Part shown: one piece after another, positions 8,982-16,695 of the stretch
Numbering within the stretch: position 1 is the stretch's first letter
Layout: each line of letters opens with the position of its first letter
Source: an uncultured Candidatus Binatia bacterium
Lineage (GTDB): Bacteria; Desulfobacterota; Binatia; UBA9968; JAJDTQ01
Direction of reading: 5' to 3'
Assembly (NCBI GenBank): GCA_965242525.1
Contig: OZ251459.1
Coordinates: 1,600,001 to 1,664,000 of the forward strand
Length of the DNA stretch: 64,000 nucleotides
Position numbers and translations under genes: made by a program
Notes under the pieces: generated by a model
Told to the model about the DNA's origin: nothing
The model's database searches: none
Seen by the model: the letters and a program-made list of their open reading frames with translations, nothing else

Positions 8982-10001
8982 CTACATGGCGCGCTTCGGG
9001 AAGAGCTTCGGCAGGAACTCGTTGGTATAGACATCCTCCACCGCGGTCTTGGCCGGAAGCTTCATGTGCCTGGTGATGAGGTCGTTGGTGAACACCATGC
9101 GGTTCTTCCTCATGTGGCCGATGCCGTCCTTCAGCGCCTCCGCGGACAGGAGCGAGTCCACCGCGATGTCGAAGTGCGCCCGCGCCAGGTCCGGGCTGAT
9201 GGCGGGGTTGTGCTTGAGGAAGATGTCCACGGCTTCCTGCGGGTTCTCCACCGACCAGGCGATGCCCTTGTAGGTGGCGGCCAGGAACCGCCTCACCAGG
9301 TCGGGCCTCTCCTTCGAGGTCTTGCCGGACACCATCAGGCCGTTGCCGTAGGTGCTCATGCCGTAGTCCGCGTACAGCATGTACACGGGCTTCTTGCCCA
9401 CAGTGGCGGAGGCTTTGTCCACCGTCGGCTTCTCCGTGTAGAAGATCAGGATGGCGTCCACCCGGCCGGCCATGAGGCTCGGGGTGGTGGCGGGCACCGT
9501 CATGTTCACCCACGTGACCTTGTTGTGGTCGAACTCGTTGATGCTCGCGAAGGCCGGGAAGATGACGCGGGAGGCGTTGGCCTCGGGGGAGCCGATGCGC
9601 TTGCCTTCCAGGTCCGACGGCTTGGAGATCTTGTTGGCCGCCAGCGTGGCCACGGTCTCCAGGGTCTTGTCGTGGATCATCCCGACCATCCTGAGGTCGG
9701 CGCCCCGGGACTTGGCCGCGATCATGTTCCCCACGGACGCGAAGCCGAAGTCCTCGGTGCCCGAGGCCACCCGCTTCACCGTGTCGCCGGAGCCGAAACC
9801 GCGGGTCATGGCCACGTCGAGCCCGGCCTCCTTCCAGAACCCCTTGTCGATGCTGGCGTAGAACATGGCGTGCTTGCCGTAAGGGATCCAGTCCAGGGCG
9901 AACTTCACCTTGTCCTGGGCCGACGCTCCGCCGACCCACGCCCAAGACAGCAGCAGGGCTGCGAGCACGACACGCAACGATACCTTGTGGATGCGCTTCA
10001 T
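8982..10001 (-). CDS. NitT/TauT (NMT1/THI5-like) ABC transporter substrate-binding protein
   Basis: Signal peptide; LDWIPYGKHAMFYASIDKGFWKEAGLDV. Confidence 0.9.
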   Translation of the reverse strand: MKRIHKVSLRVVLAALLLSWAWVGGASAQDKVKFALDWIPYGKHAMFYASIDKGFWKEAGLDVAMTRGFGSGDTVKRVASGTEDFGFASVGNMIAAKSRGADLRMVGMIHDKTLETVATLAANKISKPSDLEGKRIGSPEANASRVIFPAFASINEFDHNKVTWVNMTVPATTPSLMAGRVDAILIFYTEKPTVDKASATVGKKPVYMLYADYGMSTYGNGLMVSGKTSKERPDLVRRFLAATYKGIAWSVENPQEAVDIFLKHNPAISPDLARAHFDIAVDSLLSAEALKDGIGHMRKNRMVFTNDLITRHMKLPAKTAVEDVYTNEFLPKLFPKRAM

Positions 10002-10089
10002 TTCCGTACCTCCGAAAGTTTTCGTGACAACCCCTATATCGAAAGAACCGCGCCCGCGCAACGCGCTTCCCCGCGCCGGGCCGCCGCTC

Positions 10090-10863
10090 CTACAGGTATT
10101 GCAGCCCGATGGTCTTGCCCACCTGCCGCACGCATTCGGTGAACTCCGCGGACAACCGCATCTCCGGCGTCCGGGGCCGCGGCAGCCCGATCTCGATGAT
10201 GTCGGTGATGTGGCCCGGCCGGGGCGTCATGACCATCACCCGGTCGGCCAGGAACACCGCTTCCGGTATGCTGTGGGTGATCAGCAGGCTGGTCTTCTTC
10301 TTCTCGCTCCAGATGCGCTGCAGCTCCATGTTCATCTCGCCCCGGGTCATGGCGTCGAGGGCGCCGAAGGGCTCGTCGAGCAGGAGCAGCGAAGGCTCGT
10401 GCACCAGCGCCCGGCTGATGGAGACCCGCTGCTGCATGCCGCCGGACAACTCCCGCGGGAACTTCTCCCTGAACTCCGAGAGGCCGGTCAACTCCAGCAT
10501 CTCCAGCGCCTTGGGATAGTACTCGGCCTTGGACAGCCCCAGGATCTCCACCGGCAGCATCACGTTGTCCATGACCGTGCGCCACTGGAACAGCACCGGC
10601 GTCTGGAACACGATCCCGGTGCTGGCCTTCGGTCCGGTCACCGGGGCGCCGTTCACCAGCACCTCGCCCGCGGTCTTGTCCAGCAGGCCGGCGATGATCT
10701 TCATGATCGTGGTCTTGCCGCAGCCGCTGTGCCCCACCAGCGACACGAACTCCTGCTCGTGGACGTCGAAGGTGGCGTCCTCCAACGCGACGATGGGCGC
10801 GTCCTTGGAGGGATACACCTTGGTGAGCTGCCTGACCTCGATGGCTTTCCCGGCTTCCGTCAT
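10090..10863 (-). CDS. NitT/TauT ABC transporter ATP-binding protein
   Basis: GHSGCGKTT, LSGGMQQR and LLLLDEPFGALD motifs. Confidence 0.95.
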   Translation of the reverse strand: MTEAGKAIEVRQLTKVYPSKDAPIVALEDATFDVHEQEFVSLVGHSGCGKTTIMKIIAGLLDKTAGEVLVNGAPVTGPKASTGIVFQTPVLFQWRTVMDNVMLPVEILGLSKAEYYPKALEMLELTGLSEFREKFPRELSGGMQQRVSISRALVHEPSLLLLDEPFGALDAMTRGEMNMELQRIWSEKKKTSLLITHSIPEAVFLADRVMVMTPRPGHITDIIEIGLPRPRTPEMRLSAEFTECVRQVGKTIGLQYL

Positions 10864-10917
10864 CCGATACCGTCCCGGTCCGTTGCGCCGACTCCCGCTG
10901 GCCCGAGCCGCCCGCGG

Positions 10918-11700
10918 CTACATGCCGAAGCCCGAGGGCTGGTCTTCCTCCCCGATGCTCCACGGGATCAACCAGAGCTCCAGCAGCACCAGGACGCCGT
11001 AGAGGACCAGGCCCAGGACCGACAGCACGATGAGGGCGGCGAACATGAACGGCGTGTTGACCTCGTAGTTGGAAACCATGACCAGGTACCCGAGGCCGGT
11101 GTTGCCGCCCACGAACTCCCCGATGATGGCGCCAATGACCGCCAGCGTGATGGCGATCTTCAGGCCGCCGAAGAAGTGCGGGAGAGCGTTGGGCAGGCGG
11201 ACCTTGGTGAAGACCTGCCAGTCCGTGGCCTGCAGCGACTTCACCAGGTCGAGCATCTCGGGCTGCACCATGCGCATGCCGCTGACCGTGGTGACGATGA
11301 TGGGGAACCAGGACACCAGGAACGCGATGAGCACCTTGGAGATCTCGCCGTACCCCACCCACACCAGCAGCAGCGGCGCGATGGCCACCTTGGGGACGAT
11401 CTGGGCCACCAGGATGAGCGGATAGAGCAGGTTCTGGAGCAGCCGGGAATAGACGATCATGATGGCCGAGACCACCCCCAGCACCAGCCCCATCAGGAAC
11501 CCGTACACGGTTTCCCGGAAGGTCACCAGGGAGTGCTCCAGGAGCGGGCCGATGCGAAGGAACAGCGTCGCGATCACCTTGGACGGCGCGGGCAGGAGGA
11601 ACTCGGAAACGGAGAACAGCCACACCGACAGCTCCCACAGCACGGTGAAGAGCGCGAGGCTGAAGGCGATGGTGCCGAGCTCCTTGAAACGTTCGACCAT
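10918..11700 (-). CDS. NitT/TauT ABC transporter permease
   Basis: LLPAPS, PKVAIAPL and LPNALP...GEFVGGNTGLG motifs; hydrophobic. Confidence 0.92.
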   Translation of the reverse strand: MVERFKELGTIAFSLALFTVLWELSVWLFSVSEFLLPAPSKVIATLFLRIGPLLEHSLVTFRETVYGFLMGLVLGVVSAIMIVYSRLLQNLLYPLILVAQIVPKVAIAPLLLVWVGYGEISKVLIAFLVSWFPIIVTTVSGMRMVQPEMLDLVKSLQATDWQVFTKVRLPNALPHFFGGLKIAITLAVIGAIIGEFVGGNTGLGYLVMVSNYEVNTPFMFAALIVLSVLGLVLYGVLVLLELWLIPWSIGEEDQPSGFGM

Positions 11701-11889
11701 TCGTTCCCCTCGTCCGGCAGGCGGTCCGGGGAGTCGGCGCGAGCGGGCCGGAGGGAGGCCCCTGCCGCCTCCCGCGGCGCGCCCGGACGGGTCCCGATCC
11801 AGCCCGCTTCATACCACAAGTTCCGGCGCAAGGAACCCCGGAACGGAACTTTTTGCGCGGGCGGCCGGGGCCACGGCCAAGGCGGCCGA

Positions 11890-12894
11890 TCAGCGGTCCG
11901 AAGGGGGCCGCGCGCTGTCCGGGTCGGCGCTCGACCGGACCAGGGCCTCGACGCAAGAAGCGGTGTCGAGCATGGCGCACCCGAACCCGACGCTGGGTGG
12001 CGCCGGCGGCAGGGGTCCCTGCCAGTAGCGGTGCTGCGGCCAGCTTCCGTCGGAGCGTTGCCGGCCCAGGATCCGCTCCAGCGTGGCCCACAGCTCTTCG
12101 CCCTCCGGCGGGGCGCCCAGCACGTGCAGCGCGGAAAGGGCGCGGGCGGTGCGGAGGGTGTCGCCGTAGCCGCCGTCCGCGCCGCGGCGGGCGCGGATCC
12201 GGTCCGCGAGCCGGTCGCCCATGTCCCGGAACGCGGGCACGCCCCGCTGCCGGGCGCGGGCCACCGCGTCGTAGAGGTCCATGGCGTCGGGGTAGTAATG
12301 GGACGTCCCCTCGAAGTTCCCCTCGGTGACCAGGCCGGCGAGCCACGCCGCGGCCTGCGCGCCCAACTCGTTCCGGCCCTGTATGGCGAGGTAGCCCACC
12401 ACGTTGGCGTTCACCACGCTGTCCGGGACGTTGCCTTCGCCGGGCGGGGCGAGCCAGGTCCGGAACCTTCCCCTGTCGTCCCGGGCCGCGGACACGAGTC
12501 CCAAGTTCTGTCCGAACAGCACCCAGGGGTGCCACAGGATCGCCAGGGAGCAGACGCTGAGGCTGTCCAGGTCCCGCGGAAGCCGCGGCCAGTAGCGCCA
12601 CGCGCCCGGATGGCTCATGGACCGGACGATGAACTCCCCGGACCGGTCCCGGACCGCCCGGGAGCGGGGGTCGTCGCAGACCTCCAGGGTGAGCGCGCCG
12701 AGAGCGGCCACGAAGGGGGGATGCTCCTCGTTGGACGGGCCTTGGAGGTCCAGGCTCGGGTAGCTCCACGAGGTCCATGCCCCGTCGCCGCGGATGGAGG
12801 CATGGAGGAAACCGAGGCCCCGGTCCACCGCGCCGCGCACCGCCTCCCGGAGGTGCGCCGGGACGGCGCCGTCGTTGTAGGATGAATGCTGCAT
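11890..12894 (-). CDS. Prenyltransferase/squalene-cyclase-repeat protein (class II terpene cyclase-like beta domain)
   Basis: QW-type repeats (SIRGDGAW, RRGADGGY, RQRSDGSW), a DxDD-like PRDLDS motif and DSVVNANVVGYL. Start uncertain (MQHSS chosen). Confidence 0.65.
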   Translation of the reverse strand: MQHSSYNDGAVPAHLREAVRGAVDRGLGFLHASIRGDGAWTSWSYPSLDLQGPSNEEHPPFVAALGALTLEVCDDPRSRAVRDRSGEFIVRSMSHPGAWRYWPRLPRDLDSLSVCSLAILWHPWVLFGQNLGLVSAARDDRGRFRTWLAPPGEGNVPDSVVNANVVGYLAIQGRNELGAQAAAWLAGLVTEGNFEGTSHYYPDAMDLYDAVARARQRGVPAFRDMGDRLADRIRARRGADGGYGDTLRTARALSALHVLGAPPEGEELWATLERILGRQRSDGSWPQHRYWQGPLPPAPPSVGFGCAMLDTASCVEALVRSSADPDSARPPSDR

Positions 12895-12960
12895 TGCAAG
12901 AGTTCCCTCTCCCTGTGGGGGCGCTTCAGGAATTCGTGTGGGTTGCGACACTTCCCATCC

Positions 12961-13285
12961 CGTCATCCCCGCGAAAGCCCCGTCTCGTCATTCCCGCGAA
13001 AGCGGGAATCCATCCACTTTCCTCGCTCTTGTTGTAAAAACCTCTCATACAGGGCGCTATGGGGTTTGCTCGCAGGGTCTGGATTCCCGCCCCCGCTTCC
13101 GCGAGGACATGCTTTCGCGGGAATGACGGCGTGGGCGTCTGTGGAGCAATGACGGCGTGCCCCCTGTCGCTCCCCCTTTCCCTCTTGCCTTGCCCACACG
13201 AAAGCCGGAAGAGCCCCCTATGGGAAAGCGCGTCCTTCGACTTCGCTTCGCTCAGGACGAACGGGGTTCGTAGTTCAGGGTTTCC
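12961..13285. repeat. Mosaic of CGTCATTCCCGCGAAAGCGGGAATCC palindromic (REP-like) repeats plus MITE-core repeat
   Basis: Inverted pair of REP-like palindromes at ~12986 and ~13081-13128. The 13080-13260 stretch is homologous (inverted) to ~38230-38500. Confidence 0.8.
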
Positions 13286-13325
13286 AAATCCGGCTTTATC
13301 CAGTATAGTATAAAGGCATAATTTC

Positions 13326-13451
13326 GTCAGGCCCGTCAGGCCCGTCAGGCCCGTCAGGCCCGTCAGGCCCGTCAGGCCCGTCAGGCCCGTCAGGCCCGTC
13401 AGGCCCGTCAGGCCCGTCAGGCCCGTCAGGCCCGTCAGGCCCGTCAGGCCC
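13326..13451. repeat. Perfect tandem repeat (GTCAGGCCC)x14
   Basis: Counted directly; lies between an AT-rich tract (13295-13324) and the HlyD gene. Confidence 0.97.
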
Positions 13452-13538
13452 GGTCTTCCGGCCGTGGTGGCGTCCCGCCCGGTCGGAACCCGGGCGCGCG
13501 CCTCCGGCGCCGGCGGGCATCCCGGAGCATTGACGCAC

Positions 13539-14441
13539 GTGTCCCTGTTCTACAACAAACTTTTCCGGGAGGAAGCCGTCGCCCGTCGGGCGAGCGGGGA
13601 CCCACTGGACGAACGGCTCCAGGTCACGGCCCGGCACGAGTGGATGGTGCTGGCGGGGCTCGGCTTGGCGCTCCTGCTGCTGCTCGTCTGGGGGGTCTTC
13701 GGAAGCGTGGAGCGCAGCCTTTCGGTCAAGGCCGTGCTGGTCCAGCCGGGCGAGCGCTACGCGGTGCTGTCACCCGTGTCCGGCAACGTGGTCGAACTCC
13801 TGGCCGAGGTCGGAGACACCCTCCAGGCCGGACAGGGCATCGCCCGGGTCCGTCTCCCGGAAGCCGAGCGCCAAGTCCGGATCACCCGGAGGATCCTGGA
13901 CGCCGTCCGGGACGGGACGGGAGGCGCCGCAACCGCCGAGATCCGGGCGGCGCTGCTCACCGCGGCGCGGGCCGAGGTCGAAGCCGTCGAGTCCCGCGCC
14001 GCGGAATCCATCGTGGCCCGGCGCGAGGGCCGGCTCGTGGCGCATCGCCTGGTCCCGGGCCAGCCGGTGCGCACCGGCGAGACCGTGGCCCAGGTCCGGG
14101 GCAGTTCCGATGAGCCGTGGCAGGCGCTGGCCTTCGTGTCGGCGCGGGACGCCGGGAAACTCGAAGCGGGCATGGAGGCGGAGGTGCGGGTGGCGCTGCC
14201 CGGGCGGCCGGGGACCAGCCGGTTGGAAGCCCGGGTCCTGGAGGTGTCGCCCCGGACCGTGGCCGCCCCGCAATGGCTTGCGGACCTGGGCCTTGCCGCG
14301 CCCGCGCCGGCGCACCTGCTGCGGCTGGTCCTGAGCGACCGGCCGCGCCTGCCGCTCGCCGACGGCGCCGGCGGACACGTGCGGATCGTGCTGGGGAACC
14401 GGTCCCCTGCGGCCCTGCTGCTGGCCAACACCGACCTCTGA
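13539..14441 (+). CDS. NHLM bacteriocin system secretion (HlyD-like) protein
   Basis: N-terminal KLFREEA...[10 protein letters not shown], one TM and biotinyl-lipoyl-like halves; directly precedes the C39 exporter. Start uncertain (GTG 13539). Confidence 0.8.
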   Translation: MSLFYNKLFREEAVARRASGDPLDERLQVTARHEWMVLAGLGLALLLLLVWGVFGSVERSLSVKAVLVQPGERYAVLSPVSGNVVELLAEVGDTLQAGQGIARVRLPEAERQVRITRRILDAVRDGTGGAATAEIRAALLTAARAEVEAVESRAAESIVARREGRLVAHRLVPGQPVRTGETVAQVRGSSDEPWQALAFVSARDAGKLEAGMEAEVRVALPGRPGTSRLEARVLEVSPRTVAAPQWLADLGLAAPAPAHLLRLVLSDRPRLPLADGAGGHVRIVLGNRSPAALLLANTDL

Positions 14442-14481
14442 TGCCTGCCGCGGTCTCGAACACCTGGGAGGAAACGCCGGC

Positions 14482-16695
14482 TTGAACGCGACGCCGAAGC
14501 GAGGGCGCGCTGCGCCGGAGCGGCGCCGGGCGCGCACGCCCCTGATGCTGCAACTCACCGAGACCGAGTGCGGGGCGGTGTGCCTCGGCATCGTGCTTGC
14601 GCACTTCGGGCGCTGGGTATCCGTCGAGGAGTTGCGGGAAACCTGCTCGGTGGGCCGGGACGGGTGCTCCGCGGCCGACATCTTCCGCGCGGCGCAGCGG
14701 TACGGCCTGGAGGCCCAGGGATGGCGCAGGCAGCCGAAGCACCTCCGCGGCATGCCGTTGCCCATGATCATCTTCTGGGAGTTCAACCATTTCGTGGTGC
14801 TGGAAGGCTTCCGCGGGGACCGGTTCCTGATCAACGACCCGGGCAGCGGCCACCGGACGGTCAGCGCGGAAGAGTTCGACCGGGCGTTCACGGGCGTGAC
14901 GCTGACGCTCCGACCGAAGCCCGAGTTCCGTCCGGGCGGCGTCCGCCCCGGTCTCCTGCACCGGATCCTGCCGTGGCTGCGCGACGTGAAGGAGCCGCTC
15001 GCGTTCGCCATGTGCTGCGGGCTGCTGCTGACCCTGCCCTCCCTCGCCATGCCGTTCCTGGTGGGCCTGTTCGTGGACTTCGTGCTGTCCGGGCGCGAAC
15101 CGTCCTGGAGCGCGGCGCTGACCGGGAGCCTCGTGGGGGCCGCGGCCCTGCTCTACCTCCTGACTTGGCTCCGGGAACGCTGCCTCCGGCTGCTCTCCGT
15201 GCGCCTCGCCATCGACCACGGCGCGCGCTTCATGGAGCGGCTGTTCCGGCTTCCCATGGGGTTCTTCACCCACCGGCTGTCCGGCGACCTGACCTCCCGG
15301 ATACAGCTCCTCGACACGGTCTCGAACGTGGCCGCGCACCACCTGGCCGGCATCTCCATCGAGATCGTCACCAGCATGGCGTTCCTTGGGCTCATGCTGG
15401 CGTACGACCCGCTGCTCTGCGCCGTGGTGGTGGGACTGGGCGCGCTCAGCGCGGTGGCCATGCGCGTCCTGGCCCGGGTCCGGGTGGACGAGAACCGCAG
15501 GCTCAGGCGCGAGCAGGGCATGCTGTACGGCATCGGCATGTTCGGGGCCGGCAAGATCGACGCCTTGCAGGCGTCCGCCGCGGAGGACGACTTCTTCTCC
15601 CGCTGGACGGGATACCAGGCGCGGGAACTGGCCGCCCGGCAACGGTTCACCGAGCTCGGCCACCTCAACGCGGCCCTGCCCCTGCTGTTCCTGATCGCGG
15701 GCAACGCCGCGGTGCTGGGCATCGGCGGCTGGCGGGTGATGGCGGGCGACCTGACGGTGGGCATGCTGACGGCCTTCTACATGGCGGCGGTGAACTTCCT
15801 GCAGCCCATAGGACGGTTCATCCAGTTCGCCGACATGTTCCAGATGCTGGAGGCGGACCTGCAGCGCCTCGACGACGTGTTCGACGCGTCCGAGGACCGC
15901 ACCTTCCATCCGGCGGCGCCCTCTCCCCAGGGGGAGGAGGGGGAAGTCTCGACGTTGGCCGGGCGGCTGCGTCTGAAAGGCCGGGTCGAGCTGCGCAACG
16001 TCACCTTCGGCTACCAGAAGAACCGCGAACCCCTGATCGAGGACTTCAACCTGACCATCGAGCCGGGCCAGCGCGTGGCCGTGGTCGGCCCCAGCGGCTC
16101 CGGCAAGTCCACGCTCTCGGCGCTGGTGGCCGGCCTCCAGCAACCGTGGTCCGGGGAGATCCTCATCGACAGGCACCCGCGCAGCGCCATCCCGCGGGAG
16201 GTGCTGACCAGTTCCGTGTCCCTCGTGGACCAGCACATCTTCCTGTTCGGGGGCACCGTGCGCGAGAACCTGACCATGTGGATCCCCGAGGTGCCGGACC
16301 AGATCCTGGTGGCGGCCGCCCAGGACGCGGCCATCCACGCGGAGATCATCTCCCGGCCCCTGGGGTACGACGCGCCGGTGGACGAGGGAGGACGCAACTT
16401 CAGCGGCGGCCAGCGGCAGCGGCTGGAGATCGCCCGGGCCCTGGTCAACAACCCGTCGGTCCTGATCCTGGACGAGGCCACCTGCTCCCTCGACACCATC
16501 ACCGAGGTGCGCATCGACGACGCCCTGCGGCGCCGGGGATGCACCTGCCTCATCGTGGCCCATCGGCTGAGCACCATCCGTGACTGCGACCTGATCGTGG
16601 TCCTCGACCAAGGGCGCGAGGTGCAGCGCGGCGCCCACGAGGAGTTGATGCGGGACACGGACGGACTGTACCGCCAACTCGTGGAGTCGTCTTGA
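14482..16695 (+). CDS. NHLM bacteriocin ABC transporter, C39 peptidase/ATP-binding
   Basis: LQLTETECGAVCL (catalytic Cys), WEFNHFVV (His), GPSGSGKS and FSGGQRQR. Confidence 0.93.
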   Translation: MNATPKRGRAAPERRRARTPLMLQLTETECGAVCLGIVLAHFGRWVSVEELRETCSVGRDGCSAADIFRAAQRYGLEAQGWRRQPKHLRGMPLPMIIFWEFNHFVVLEGFRGDRFLINDPGSGHRTVSAEEFDRAFTGVTLTLRPKPEFRPGGVRPGLLHRILPWLRDVKEPLAFAMCCGLLLTLPSLAMPFLVGLFVDFVLSGREPSWSAALTGSLVGAAALLYLLTWLRERCLRLLSVRLAIDHGARFMERLFRLPMGFFTHRLSGDLTSRIQLLDTVSNVAAHHLAGISIEIVTSMAFLGLMLAYDPLLCAVVVGLGALSAVAMRVLARVRVDENRRLRREQGMLYGIGMFGAGKIDALQASAAEDDFFSRWTGYQARELAARQRFTELGHLNAALPLLFLIAGNAAVLGIGGWRVMAGDLTVGMLTAFYMAAVNFLQPIGRFIQFADMFQMLEADLQRLDDVFDASEDRTFHPAAPSPQGEEGEVSTLAGRLRLKGRVELRNVTFGYQKNREPLIEDFNLTIEPGQRVAVVGPSGSGKSTLSALVAGLQQPWSGEILIDRHPRSAIPREVLTSSVSLVDQHIFLFGGTVRENLTMWIPEVPDQILVAAAQDAAIHAEIISRPLGYDAPVDEGGRNFSGGQRQRLEIARALVNNPSVLILDEATCSLDTITEVRIDDALRRRGCTCLIVAHRLSTIRDCDLIVVLDQGREVQRGAHEELMRDTDGLYRQLVESS

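Noticed and set aside
9910-12885. Long alternative-frame ORFs (e.g. 9910-12885, 26265-29417, 44370-48905, 55489-58134)
   Set aside because: These are shadow ORFs typical of high-GC DNA; they overlap well-supported genes and have low-complexity R/G/P/H-rich translations
13296-13637. Collagen-like (GPD)14 protein on the minus strand
   Set aside because: It is a translation of the 9-bp VNTR; the codons are identical with no synonymous variation, and the ORF overlaps the HlyD gene antisense
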